A DNA stretch of 64,000 bases from an uncultured Actinomycetes bacterium (GCA_963701125.1 OY969568.1:2071510-2135509); one strand, 5' to 3'; counted from the stretch's first letter, positions 1 through 9,584 are shown. The notes: a model not told the origin generated them from the sequence alone. Program-made: numbers and translations.

Positions 1-174
1 GTCGGGGCGCAGCGTCAGGTTCGCCCCGACCCCCTGCCATCCCGCCAGCGTGCCCCGGCCGCCGGAGCCCTCGAATGTCCCGCTTTGCAGGAGGTTGTGC
101 GCCGTCGCGAAGGCATCTCCCGCGTTCGCCGCGAGCACGACCACGCACACGACGAGTGTTGTCAGCTTGGCCAT
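1..174 (-). CDS. Partial secreted protein (signal peptide + CBM4/9-like N-terminus), runs off window start
   Basis: Hand translation from ATG at 174: MAKLTTLVVCVVVLAANAGDAFATAHNLLQSGTFEGSG; NLL-x-x-G-x-FE resembles CBM4/9-like modules; probable 1-nt slip near 40 (LAG-WQGVGANLTL in the other frame). Confidence 0.5.
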   Translation of the reverse strand, partial: MAKLTTLVVCVVVLAANAGDAFATAHNLLQSGTFEGSGGRGTLAGWQGVGANLTLRPD

Positions 175-243
175 TGCATCGTCCCCCGCTCCAATGTGCG
201 GGCCGAACGGGGCACCGTCAAGGACGGGCCGCCGCACCTCTCT

Positions 244-259
244 ACATGTCTAGACAAGT
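244..259. promoter_or_regulatory. GntR/HutC-type operator upstream of phnD
   Basis: ACATGTCTAGACAAGT with perfect core palindrome TGTCTAGACA (247-256); fits HutC-family GT-N-TA-N-AC; second copy at 2942-2957. Confidence 0.75.
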
Positions 260-347
260 TCTCCGAATCGACACAGATCGTTCACCGGTTCGCATCCCCG
301 GCCGCTCGTACTCTGGCCGCGACAGGGACCATGCGGAAAGGACGATC

Positions 348-1310
348 ATGAGCTTTTTCAGGGGAGTCGCGGCGCTCGGTGGCCTGGCGGCCGCCAGCCT
401 CGCGCTCGCGGCATGCGGCGGCTCGAGCTCCGGCTCGAATACGACCGGGACATCGACGGGCTCCAACACGGCCGTCGCCACCACAACCTCCAACGTCTGC
501 CCGAACGGCCAGGTGCGCTTCGGCGTCGAGCCGTATGACGCGGGCGCGAAGTTCGAGGCGGCTTATAACTCGCTGACCTCAGCCCTCGCGGCGAACCTGC
601 ACTGCCCGGTGCACCTGTTCGTGACGCAGAACTACACCGCCGAGGTCGAGGCGATGCGCGCCGGCAAGCTCGACGTGGCCGAGTTCGGGCCGCTCGGGTA
701 CGTCTTCGCGCATTCGATGGCCGACGCCCAGCCGGTGGCCGCCTTCGGGCTGGCAAACGGCAAGCCGGTCACCTATACGGCCGCCATCTGGGTGCCGAAG
801 AGCTCGCCGATCCACACGGTCACGCAGCTCAAGGGCCACACGATCGCCTTCGCCGACCCGGCATCCACCTCGGGCAACCTCTACCCGCGCTACGCCATCA
901 TCCACGCGGGGCTCAACCCCGACAAGGACGTGAAGATCGAGTTCGCGGGCAGCCATCCCGCCTCGATGCTCGCGCTCGTCAACGGCAAGGTCGACGCCGC
1001 CGAGGTGAACAGCCAGCAGCAGGCGACCGGCGAGGCCGCCCACCAGTTCGACCCGTCCAAGTTCCGCCGGATCTGGGTCTCCCAGCCGATCGTGAACGAT
1101 CCGATCACGGTCTACGGTCAGCTCCCGGCGACGTTCCAGGCGGCGCTCAAGACGGCGCTGCTCGATCTCACGCCGTCGCAGCTGAACCTCGTCGACACCG
1201 AGCTCGGCGTGAACTCCGGTCCGATGATCCCGGCCTCGGACTCCTTCTACAACCCGATCCGGGCGGTGGCCACCTCCGAGCACCTCTCCTTCTCGAGCAT
1301 CAACAGCTGA
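348..1310 (+). CDS. phnD: Phosphonate ABC transporter substrate-binding lipoprotein
   Basis: AAAGGA RBS then ATG 348; lipobox LAAC; STSG and GSH motifs; followed by phnC, phnE. Confidence 0.9.
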   Translation: MSFFRGVAALGGLAAASLALAACGGSSSGSNTTGTSTGSNTAVATTTSNVCPNGQVRFGVEPYDAGAKFEAAYNSLTSALAANLHCPVHLFVTQNYTAEVEAMRAGKLDVAEFGPLGYVFAHSMADAQPVAAFGLANGKPVTYTAAIWVPKSSPIHTVTQLKGHTIAFADPASTSGNLYPRYAIIHAGLNPDKDVKIEFAGSHPASMLALVNGKVDAAEVNSQQQATGEAAHQFDPSKFRRIWVSQPIVNDPITVYGQLPATFQAALKTALLDLTPSQLNLVDTELGVNSGPMIPASDSFYNPIRAVATSEHLSFSSINS

Positions 1311-1312
1311 CC

Positions 1313-2125
1313 GTGAGCTCGACCCTGCCCATCCACACCGCCGGCATGCCCGCCGGCGCATCGCAGAACGACCCCGCCCTCGAGGTGCGCGGGCTCGAGA
1401 AGCGGTTCCACGGCGGGCCGCCGGTGCTGCGCGACATCAACCTGAGCGTCCGCTCCGGCGAGTGCGTGGCGGTGCTCGGTGCGAACGGCAGCGGCAAGTC
1501 GACCCTGATGCGATGCATCGTGCGGCTCGTCGATCCCGACGCCGGCCAGGTGTGGCTGGGCGGGGCCGATCTCACGTCCATGAACGGCCGCCGGTTGCGC
1601 GCGGCGCGGCGGCAGGCGGCCATGGTGTTCCAGCAGATCCACCTCGTGCGCAGGCGCAGCGCGGTGGACAACGTCTGCTTCGGGGCCCTCGGCCGCCTGC
1701 CGTCGCACCGGTCGTTCTCACGCGCCGTGTTCCCCTCCGACGTCCGCCTGCTGGCCATGGGCGCGCTCGGCCGGGTCGGTCTGGCCGACAAGGCGGCGCA
1801 ACGCGCCGACACGCTCTCGGGCGGCCAGGCCCAGCGGGTGGCGATCGCCCGGGCACTGTGCCAGCACGCCTCGGTGATCCTCGCCGACGAGCCGGTGGCG
1901 AGCCTCGACCCGCGCGCCGCCGAGACGGTGATGGCGCTCCTGCGCGACATCGCCCATATCGACCGGCTGGCGGTGGTGTCCGTGCTGCACCAGCCCGACC
2001 TGGCCCGGCGCTACGCCGACCGCCTGGTGGGCATGCGGTCGGGCGTGATCGTGTTCGACCGCCGCCCCGCCGAGGTCTCCGACGCTGACGTCGCCGGCCT
2101 GTACGAGGGCGAAGATGGCGACTGA
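1313..2125 (+). CDS. phnC: Phosphonate ABC transporter ATP-binding protein
   Basis: Walker A GANGSGKS, LSGGQAQRVAIARAL, ILADEPVASLDP. Confidence 0.9.
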   Translation: MSSTLPIHTAGMPAGASQNDPALEVRGLEKRFHGGPPVLRDINLSVRSGECVAVLGANGSGKSTLMRCIVRLVDPDAGQVWLGGADLTSMNGRRLRAARRQAAMVFQQIHLVRRRSAVDNVCFGALGRLPSHRSFSRAVFPSDVRLLAMGALGRVGLADKAAQRADTLSGGQAQRVAIARALCQHASVILADEPVASLDPRAAETVMALLRDIAHIDRLAVVSVLHQPDLARRYADRLVGMRSGVIVFDRRPAEVSDADVAGLYEGEDGD

Positions 2126-2921
2126 GGGCGCACCCCTTCCCGCCGGCATCGGCCGCATCCCCATCCGCCGCGCCGCCGTCACGACCGCGATCGCGGCCGC
2201 CGTCGCGGCGCTCTTCATCCATGCCTGGATCGACGTCGGCGCCTCGGTGTCGGAGTTCATCGCCGGCTACCACGGCATGGCGAACATCATCGGCCGCAGC
2301 TGGCCGCCGTCGTCCGACGTCCTGCACACCTCGATCTCCGACTCGGTGGTCACGTTCGACACCGCGCTGCTCGGGACGGCCGGTGCGATCATCCTCTCGA
2401 TCCTGCTCGTGCCGTTCGCGGCCCGCAACATCACCCCGCATCGCGCGGCGTACGAGCTCTCGCGAGCCCTGATCGCCGTCACGCGCGGGGTGCCCGACCT
2501 GATCTGGGCGCTGATCTTCGTGACCGCAGTCGGCCTCGGACCCTTCCCGGGCGTGCTGGCGCTGACGGTGCACTCGGTCGGCATCCTGGGCAAGCTCTGG
2601 TCGGAGGCGATCGAGGAGATGGACATGGGCCCGGTCGATGCCCTGCGCGTCGCCGGCGCGAACCGCTTCCAGGTCTTCATCCACGCCGTGCTTCCCGGCG
2701 TCGCCCCCACGATGATCGGGCTCGCCCTGTACCGGTTCGACGTGAACTTCCGCTCGGGGCTCGTGCTCGGCTTCGTCGGCGCCGGCGGGATCGGCTTCCT
2801 GATCTACAACTCGATGCAGCTCTTCCAGTACCAGCAGCTTCTGACCGAGCTCGGAGTCGTCGTCGTGTTCGTGCTCGTGCTCGAGCGTTTCTCGACGGTG
2901 CTGCGGGCGAGGATCCATTGA
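2115..2921 (+). CDS. phnE: Phosphonate ABC transporter permease
   Basis: VGLGPFPGVLAL, GKLWSEAIEE, LYRFDVNFRS..LGFVGAGGIG. Confidence 0.9.
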   Translation: MATEGAPLPAGIGRIPIRRAAVTTAIAAAVAALFIHAWIDVGASVSEFIAGYHGMANIIGRSWPPSSDVLHTSISDSVVTFDTALLGTAGAIILSILLVPFAARNITPHRAAYELSRALIAVTRGVPDLIWALIFVTAVGLGPFPGVLALTVHSVGILGKLWSEAIEEMDMGPVDALRVAGANRFQVFIHAVLPGVAPTMIGLALYRFDVNFRSGLVLGFVGAGGIGFLIYNSMQLFQYQQLLTELGVVVVFVLVLERFSTVLRARIH

Positions 2922-2941
2922 CGGCGCCGGCGGACGTGCCA

Positions 2942-2957
2942 ACTTGTCCAGTCATGT
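2942..2957. promoter_or_regulatory. Second GntR operator, upstream of the regulator gene
   Basis: ACTTGTCCAGTCATGT matches the reverse complement of the 244-259 site at 14/16. Confidence 0.65.
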
Positions 2958-2961
2958 TAGG

Positions 2962-3726
2962 GTGGACGCGGTGGAGGCCCGGCCGCTGTACGCACGTCTC
3001 GCCGACGAGCTGCGGGCATCGATCCGCGACGGGCGTCATCCCCCCGGCGCGCTCCTCCCGTCCGAGTCCGAGCTCGCCGTGCGTCACGGCGCGTCGCGCG
3101 GAACCGTCCGCCACGCGATCGCCCTGCTCGCCGCCGAGGGGTCGATCGCGAGCCGGCGGGGCGCACGCAGCGTCGTGCTCGCGCAGCCGCGCACCCAGAG
3201 CTTCGGCGAGCTGCTCAGCTTCTCGGCCTGGGCGCACGCGATCGGCGAGGTGCCGCGCGGCCGCATGGTCGAGCTGCGCCGGCGGCGGGCGGCTCCGGCC
3301 GAGGCCGAGCGGCTCGGGCTGCGGGCCGGCGCCGATGTGTACAAGCTCGTGCGGGTGCGTCTGCTCGGGGAGCGGCCGGTGATGATCGAGCGCACGACGT
3401 TCGTCGAGAGCGTGGGCGTGCTGCTCGGGTCGCTGCGGCTCGAGGTCGACTCGATCTACGAGCGCCTCGCCGAGCGCGGCGTGGTGTTCGCCCATGCCCG
3501 GCACGTCATCGAGGCGCTCGGCGCCGACGAGCGCGATGCGGCTCTGCTCGAGGTGCCCGCCGGCACGCCGCTCCTGCGCCAGCAGCGGCGCACGACCTCG
3601 CCCGACGGCAGCCCGCTCGAGCTCTCCGACGACCGATACCTGGGCAGCGCCGTCTCGTTCGTGATCGCGAACAGCGTCGTTCGCACGAGCCTCGAGCGCC
3701 TGCGCGGCGCGGGCGAGGAGCTCTGA
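2962..3726 (+). CDS. GntR/HutC (UTRA) regulator, PhnF/PhnR-like
   Basis: LPSESEL..HGASRGTVRHA wHTH plus C-terminal UTRA; GTG 2962 preferred over TTG 2944. Confidence 0.88.
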   Translation: MDAVEARPLYARLADELRASIRDGRHPPGALLPSESELAVRHGASRGTVRHAIALLAAEGSIASRRGARSVVLAQPRTQSFGELLSFSAWAHAIGEVPRGRMVELRRRRAAPAEAERLGLRAGADVYKLVRVRLLGERPVMIERTTFVESVGVLLGSLRLEVDSIYERLAERGVVFAHARHVIEALGADERDAALLEVPAGTPLLRQQRRTTSPDGSPLELSDDRYLGSAVSFVIANSVVRTSLERLRGAGEEL

Positions 3727-3731
3727 GGGCC

Positions 3732-5216
3732 ATGGCGGTCGCGAGCACCGCGGCCACCGCGGCCCGATGGGTGCAGGAGCGCGCCGTCGACGTGTGGCTC
3801 ACGTTCGCCGACACGGCCGATCTGGCCACCGCCGCGGCCGACGGCGCGGTGGTGGCCGGGCTCGAGCCTGGCACCGGGCTGTTCGAGCTGATCGAGGCGG
3901 TGCGCGCCGCCGGCGGCGACGACCTGCGCCGTGTCGGCGTCGTTGCCGAAACGGCCGAGCAGGTGACGGTGGCGCGCTGCGCCGGCGTCGCGGCGGTCGT
4001 CGGCGTGGCGGCGGATGCCGTCGCGGTGCGTGCGCTTCACACCGCGGAGCCCGACTGGGTGGTCGCGCCCGAACATCTGGGCCGTCTCGATGCCGGCCGC
4101 TACGGCTCGGCGCGATCGCTTCGCCCCGCCGTGCTGCTCAATCCCGGCCCGGCGCTCACGACCGAGCGCGTCAAGCGGGCGGCGGGCATCGTCGATCTGT
4201 GCCACCGTGAGCCCGAGTTCACGGCGCTCGAGCGGGGCGTGCGGCACAAGCTGCTCGCCGTGGCGGGCGATCCCGCGGGGTACGAGGTCGCGATGATGGC
4301 CGGGTCGGGAACCGCCGCCGACGAGCTCGCGCTTACGGCCGCGGTGCGGCCCGGGCGAAGCGCTGTGATCGTGCGAAACGGCGTCTACGGCGACCGCTTC
4401 GCCGCCATCGCCGCGCGCGCCGGGATCCCGGTGGTCGCCGTCGAGGCGGCGTGGACCGAGCCGATTGCGCCCGAGGCGGTCGCGGCGGCGCTCGCCGCCC
4501 ACCCCGAGGCCGACGCCGTGGCCGTCGTGCATCACGAGACGACCACGGGCCTGCTCAACCCCGTGCGCGAGATCGCCCGGATCGCGCGCGCCGCCGGCGT
4601 GCGCACCGTGGTCGACGCCGTCTCGTCGTTCGGCGTCGAGGAGCTCGACCCGGCGGCGTGGGGCATCGACCTGCTCGCCTGCAGCTCCAACAAGTGCCTC
4701 TCGGGGCTGCCGGGAGCCGCCTTCGTGCTCGTCTCGCCCGCGGGTGCGCAGCGTGCCGCCGAGGTGCCGCCGCGGTCGGTGTACCTCGATCTCCAGGCCT
4801 ACCTGCGCTCGGCCGCGTCGGGATCGGTGCCGTTCACCCCGGCGATCCCGGCCCTCGCGGCGCTCGACGCCGCCCTCGACGAGCTGCTCGAGGAGGGCTT
4901 CGCGCCGCGCGCCGCCCGCTACCGCTACCGCTGCGACGTGCTCGATGCCGAGCTCCACCGGCTCGATCTCGAGCAGCTGGTCGCCGCGCCGCACCGGTCG
5001 CTGACCGTCCGGTCGCTGCGCCTGCCCATCGGCGTCGACTACTCCGAGCTGCACGACCGCCTGCGGCGCGACGGCTACGTGATCTACGCCGGCCAGGGGT
5101 CGCTCGCGAGCGAGATCTTCCGCGTGTGCTGCATGGGTGCGATCGAGCCCGAGGCACTGGTCGGCTTCGCCGCCCGGCTCGAGGCGGCGCTGGCGGCGTT
5201 CGGAGTGTCGGCGTGA
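3732..5216 (+). CDS. phnW: 2-aminoethylphosphonate:pyruvate transaminase with N-terminal degenerate HAD-like domain
   Basis: LLNPGP, GSGT, NGVYGDR, HHETTTGLLNP, DAVSSFG, SSNKCL (PLP Lys), IYAGQG; about 130 extra N-terminal aa. Confidence 0.88.
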   Translation: MAVASTAATAARWVQERAVDVWLTFADTADLATAAADGAVVAGLEPGTGLFELIEAVRAAGGDDLRRVGVVAETAEQVTVARCAGVAAVVGVAADAVAVRALHTAEPDWVVAPEHLGRLDAGRYGSARSLRPAVLLNPGPALTTERVKRAAGIVDLCHREPEFTALERGVRHKLLAVAGDPAGYEVAMMAGSGTAADELALTAAVRPGRSAVIVRNGVYGDRFAAIAARAGIPVVAVEAAWTEPIAPEAVAAALAAHPEADAVAVVHHETTTGLLNPVREIARIARAAGVRTVVDAVSSFGVEELDPAAWGIDLLACSSNKCLSGLPGAAFVLVSPAGAQRAAEVPPRSVYLDLQAYLRSAASGSVPFTPAIPALAALDAALDELLEEGFAPRAARYRYRCDVLDAELHRLDLEQLVAAPHRSLTVRSLRLPIGVDYSELHDRLRRDGYVIYAGQGSLASEIFRVCCMGAIEPEALVGFAARLEAALAAFGVSA

Positions 5217-6430
5217 CGGCGGCCGTTGAGGTGAACGGCCGCCGCTACACCGCCCCCACGGCTCCCACGGCGGTCGTGTGCCTGGACGGCTGCGACCCGC
5301 GCTACCTCGACGACGCCTTCGAGCGCGCCATCGTGCCGCGGATGGCCGAGATGGCCGCGCAGGGGGCATACGCGCTCGGGCGCTCGCAGCTGCCGAGCTT
5401 CACGAACCCGAACAACCTCTCGATCGTGACCGGCGCGCCGCCGGACGTGCACGGCCTGCCGGGCAACCACTGCCTCGCCCCCGACGGCGGCGAGGTGCAG
5501 CTCGACGATCCGCGCTTCCTGCGCGCGCCGTCGATCCACGCGCGGCTGCACGCGGCGGGCGTGCCCGTGCTCGCCGTGACGACCAAGGACAAGCTGCGCC
5601 GGCTGCTCGCGGCGGGCGACGTTCCGTGCGTCTCGGTCGAGCGGGCCGGCGACGTCCCGATCGACGGGCTCGACCGCGCGAGCGACGCGCTGCCGCGGCC
5701 GGTGCCGGGGATCTACGACTGGGAGGCCTCTCCCTACGCGCTCGAGCTCGGCCTGGCCCTGGCCGAGCGGCTGGGCACACGGCTCCTGTACGTGTCGCTC
5801 ACCGACTTCGTCCAGCACACCGAGCCGCCCGGGAGCGAGCTCAGCGACCGGTTCCTGCGTCGTCTCGACCAGCTGGTCGGGGCGTTCCTCGACCGCGGCT
5901 GGCGGCTCGGCCTCGTCGCCGACCACGGCATGAACCGCAAGACCACCGCCGACGGCCGGCCGAACGTGCGCTACCTCTCCGACGCGCTCGCCGCGGCGGG
6001 CATCGAGGGGTCGCACGTGCTCCTTCCGATCACCGACCCGCACGTCGTCCACCACGCCGCGCTCGGATCGGCCTGCTGGGTGTACGTCCGCGACCCCGAC
6101 GACGTGCCCCGGGCCGCCGCCGCGATCGCGGCGCTCGACGGCGTCGAGGAGGTGCTCCGCGGCGATGCCGCCGCGCGCGATCTGCGGCTGCCGCGCGACC
6201 GCATCGGCGACCTCGTGGTGCTGGCCGACACCGACACCGTCCTCGGCAAGACGGCCGCCGAGCACGACCTCTCGGCGCTCGGCGCGCCGCTTCGCTCGCA
6301 CGGCGGCCGGCACGAGCAGGCGATCCCCCTGCTCCTGTCCGAGCGCCCCTCGCCTGAAGGCGCCCGCCTGCTCGCCGCGGGTGCGACCAACGCCGACGTG
6401 CACCACCTCCTGATCGGGGCCGGGGCATGA
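5213..6430 (+). CDS. phnA: Phosphonoacetate hydrolase
   Basis: GTGA overlap with phnW; VVCLDGC, PSFTNPNNLSIVTG, ADHGMN, LPITDP.VVHH.ALGS, LRSHGG. Confidence 0.92.
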   Translation: MTAAVEVNGRRYTAPTAPTAVVCLDGCDPRYLDDAFERAIVPRMAEMAAQGAYALGRSQLPSFTNPNNLSIVTGAPPDVHGLPGNHCLAPDGGEVQLDDPRFLRAPSIHARLHAAGVPVLAVTTKDKLRRLLAAGDVPCVSVERAGDVPIDGLDRASDALPRPVPGIYDWEASPYALELGLALAERLGTRLLYVSLTDFVQHTEPPGSELSDRFLRRLDQLVGAFLDRGWRLGLVADHGMNRKTTADGRPNVRYLSDALAAAGIEGSHVLLPITDPHVVHHAALGSACWVYVRDPDDVPRAAAAIAALDGVEEVLRGDAAARDLRLPRDRIGDLVVLADTDTVLGKTAAEHDLSALGAPLRSHGGRHEQAIPLLLSERPSPEGARLLAAGATNADVHHLLIGAGA

Positions 6431-7878
6431 CCACCGACGTGTCGGCCGGCATCGACCCGGCGGCGCTCTCGACGTGCCTGATCGGCGGGGCCGCGCACGC
6501 GGGCGCCGGCTGCTTTCCCGTCGTGCATCCGTACACCGGCGAGACGATCGGGCACGCCCCGCTGCTCGCGCGGTCGGAAGTCGCGGCGGCGCTCGACCGC
6601 GCCGCTGCGGCCGGCCCGCCGCCGTCACGCCACGAGCGCTCGCTCCAGCTCGAGGGCATCGCCGCTCGCATCGCCGCGAGCGCCGAGGCCGTCGCCCGGC
6701 TGATCACCTGGGAATCCGGCCTCGCGCTGCGCGACTCCCGCCACGAGGTCGACCGCGCCGTCGACGTGTTCCGGTCGGCGGCGAGCGAGGCGCTGCGCGA
6801 CGACGGCGGCAGCTTCGCGGGCGACATCTCGGCGCAGGGCCGGCGCCGCCGGGGCCACACGGTGCGCGAGCCGGTCGCGCTCGTCGCGGCGATCACGCCG
6901 TTCAACCATCCCCTGAACCAGGTCGCACACAAGGTCGCCCCCGCGATCGCGGCCGGCGCCGCCATGGTGCTGAAGCCGTCCGAGAAGACGCCGCTCACGG
7001 CGCTCTGGCTGGCGCGCGTCCTGATCGATGCCGGCGTCGCGTCCGACGCGGTCGCGATCGTGACCGGCGACCGCGAGCAGATCCTCGACGCGATGCTCTC
7101 GCACCCCGCGGTCGAGGTGGTGTCGTTCACGGGCGGGGTTGAGACCGGCAAGGCGATCGCCGCTCGGCTCGGCTACCGCCGGGCGGTGCTCGAGCTCGGC
7201 GGCAACGACCCGCTGATCGTCCTCGGCGACGCCGATCTCGACGAGGCGGCCGGCCTTGCGATCGACGGTGCGACCCGAAACAGCGGCCAGCGCTGCTCGG
7301 CGGTCAAGCGCGTGATCGTCGAGGAGCGTGTGGCCGGTGCGCTCGCCGAGCGGATGGTCGCCCGCTGCGAGGCGCTCGTCGCCGGCGACCCGTTCGCCGA
7401 GGGGACCGACGTCGGGACCGTGATCGACGAGCCCGCGGCGCGCACCATCGAGCGGCGCGTCGGCGCGGCCGTCGCCGAGGGCGCGCGGCTGCTCGCGGGC
7501 GGTGGCCGCACCGGCGCCCTGGTCGCGCCCGCGGTGCTCGACCACGTCTCGCCGGCATCCGAGCTCGTCGCCTCCGAGACGTTCGGCCCCATTGCCCCGA
7601 TCATCCGCGTGCGCGACCTCGATGCCGCCCTCGAGGTGGCCAACGGCACCGCCTACGGCCTCTCGGCCGGCGTGTGCACGAACGACCTTGAGGCGGCGCT
7701 GCGCTGCGTGCGCGAGCTGCGCTGCGGCACGGTCAACATCCGCGAGGTGCCGGGGTGGAGGACCGAGGTGACGCCGTTCGGCGGCATCCGCGACTCCGGG
7801 CTCGGCGTCAAGGAGGGCGTGGTCGAGGCGATCCGAGCGATGACGAACCAGAAGCTCTACACGCTGCCGTGGGGGTGA
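6427..7878 (+). CDS. phnY: Phosphonoacetaldehyde dehydrogenase
   Basis: ALDH motifs ITPFNHPLNQVAHK, KPSEKTP, LELGGND, NSGQRCSAVKR; PhnY-like tail KEGV..YTLPW; follows phnA. Confidence 0.9.
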   Translation: MTTDVSAGIDPAALSTCLIGGAAHAGAGCFPVVHPYTGETIGHAPLLARSEVAAALDRAAAAGPPPSRHERSLQLEGIAARIAASAEAVARLITWESGLALRDSRHEVDRAVDVFRSAASEALRDDGGSFAGDISAQGRRRRGHTVREPVALVAAITPFNHPLNQVAHKVAPAIAAGAAMVLKPSEKTPLTALWLARVLIDAGVASDAVAIVTGDREQILDAMLSHPAVEVVSFTGGVETGKAIAARLGYRRAVLELGGNDPLIVLGDADLDEAAGLAIDGATRNSGQRCSAVKRVIVEERVAGALAERMVARCEALVAGDPFAEGTDVGTVIDEPAARTIERRVGAAVAEGARLLAGGGRTGALVAPAVLDHVSPASELVASETFGPIAPIIRVRDLDAALEVANGTAYGLSAGVCTNDLEAALRCVRELRCGTVNIREVPGWRTEVTPFGGIRDSGLGVKEGVVEAIRAMTNQKLYTLPWG

Positions 7879-8999
7879 CCGCCGAGGCTCTCGTGACGGC
7901 GGCCGTCGATGCGGGCGGGACGGTCGAGCTGCGCGCCGCCGGGGTGACCGTGCGCCGCCTGATCCCGCTGTGGCTGCGCGAGAACTGCCCCTGCCCCGAG
8001 TGCGCGCACCCGGCCGGCACCCAGCGCATCGTGGACATCACGGCGATCCGCGCCGACGTCCGGCCGCGCGACGTGCGCATCGCGGCGGGCGCGATCGAGA
8101 TCGACTGGGACGACGGCCACGCAAGCGTCTACGACATCGCGGCGCTGCTGGCGGCCGGCGCCGCCGACGACCTGCCTGCGATCGAGCTCTGGGACGCCGC
8201 GAGCACCCTCCCCGGCCCGTTCTCGGCCGGCGGGATCGCTCGCGACCAGGCCGAGCTGCGCGGGTGTCTTGAAGCGGTTCACCGCTTCGGCGTCGCGCTC
8301 GTGCATGCCGCGCCGGTGAAGCCCGGTGCGCTCGAGGCGATCGTCGCGCTCTTCGGGCATATCCGCGAGACAAACTACGGCCGGCTCTTCGACGTGCGCC
8401 TGCAGGTGGGTGCGGCCAACCTGGCCTACTCCGGCCGGGCGCTCGGGCCGCACACCGACAACCCCTACCGTGACCCGACCCCGGGGCTGCAGCTGCTGCA
8501 CTGCATCCGCGCAGACGGCGACGGTGGCGAGTCGACCCTCGTCGACGGCTTCGCGGTCGCCGACCTGCTCGGCCGGGTCGATCCCGACGCCCACGACCTG
8601 CTCGCGACGACCGAGATCGGGTTCCGCTATCGCGATTCCGGCGTCGACCTGCGATCACGGTTCCCGGTGCTGCGGCTCGCGCGCGACGGGACGCTCGCCG
8701 AGGTGCGCTGGAACACGCGGTCGTGCGAGCCGTTCCCGTTCGAGCCCGGGCTCGCCGAGGCCTACTACGGCGCCTACCGCGCGTTCGGCCTGCTTGCGAT
8801 CGACGAGCTGCTCGTGCGCCGCATCCGCCTGCGGCCCGGCGACGTCGTGGTGATGGACAACCTGCGCGTACTGCACGGCCGCACCACGATCCGGTCGCCG
8901 GGCGACCGTCACCTGCAGGGCTGCTACGCCGACCGCGACGGTCTGCGCAGCCGCCTGCGCACGCTCCGCCGACACGACCATCGGGAGGCCGCTCCATGA
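7875..8999 (+). CDS. tmpA: Fe/2OG dioxygenase of gamma-butyrobetaine hydroxylase family, TmpA-like
   Basis: WLRENCPCPEC Zn site, RETNYG.LFDV, HTDNPYRDP, DN.RVLHGR, HLQGCY; coupled to downstream HD gene. Confidence 0.75.
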   Translation: MTAEALVTAAVDAGGTVELRAAGVTVRRLIPLWLRENCPCPECAHPAGTQRIVDITAIRADVRPRDVRIAAGAIEIDWDDGHASVYDIAALLAAGAADDLPAIELWDAASTLPGPFSAGGIARDQAELRGCLEAVHRFGVALVHAAPVKPGALEAIVALFGHIRETNYGRLFDVRLQVGAANLAYSGRALGPHTDNPYRDPTPGLQLLHCIRADGDGGESTLVDGFAVADLLGRVDPDAHDLLATTEIGFRYRDSGVDLRSRFPVLRLARDGTLAEVRWNTRSCEPFPFEPGLAEAYYGAYRAFGLLAIDELLVRRIRLRPGDVVVMDNLRVLHGRTTIRSPGDRHLQGCYADRDGLRSRLRTLRRHDHREAAP

Positions 9000-9544
9000 G
9001 CACGATCATCGACGACATCTTCGCCACGTTTCGCCGCAGCGGCGACTCGACGTACCTCGGTGAGCCCGTCTCGCTGACCGAGCACATGCTCCAGAGCGCG
9101 CGCGCCGCCGAGGACGACGCCGCCCCTGCCACGCTTGTCGCCGCCGCGGTGCTGCACGACTTCGGCCACATGGTGCACGACCTCGACCCCGACTGTGCCG
9201 CCGAGGGCGTCGACAGCATGCACGAGGATGTCGGCTCGCGGTTCCTCGAGCGGCACTTCCCGCCTGCCGTGACCGAGCCGATCCGGCTCCACGTCGCCTC
9301 GAAGCGCTACCTGTGCGCGGTCGAGCCCGAGTACCTCGATGAGCTGTCCGAGGCGTCGCGGCACAGCCTGGAGCTCCAGGGCGGGCCGTTCTCGCCCGCC
9401 GAGGTGGACGAGTTCCGCCGCGGCCCGTTCGCCGACGACGCGGTGCGGCTGCGCCGCTACGACGACATCGCGAAGGTGCCCGGTCTCGCGACGCCCCCGC
9501 TCGAGCACTACCGCACCGTGCTCGAATCGGTGCGCATGGGCTGA
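8996..9544 (+). CDS. tmpB: HD-domain phosphonate oxygenase, TmpB/PhnZ family
   Basis: YLGEPVS.EHMLQ, LHDFGH, HE, HVASKRY, SLELQGG, YDDIAK; ATGA overlap with tmpA. Confidence 0.75.
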   Translation: MSTIIDDIFATFRRSGDSTYLGEPVSLTEHMLQSARAAEDDAAPATLVAAAVLHDFGHMVHDLDPDCAAEGVDSMHEDVGSRFLERHFPPAVTEPIRLHVASKRYLCAVEPEYLDELSEASRHSLELQGGPFSPAEVDEFRRGPFADDAVRLRRYDDIAKVPGLATPPLEHYRTVLESVRMG

Positions 9545-9584
9545 GGCGTCTTCATCCACCTCCCCGGTCGCCGAACACCGGAGG

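Noticed and set aside
348-9544. C-P lyase or phosphite oxidation locus
   Set aside because: No phnGHIJKLM or ptxD; enzymes match PhnWAY and TmpAB
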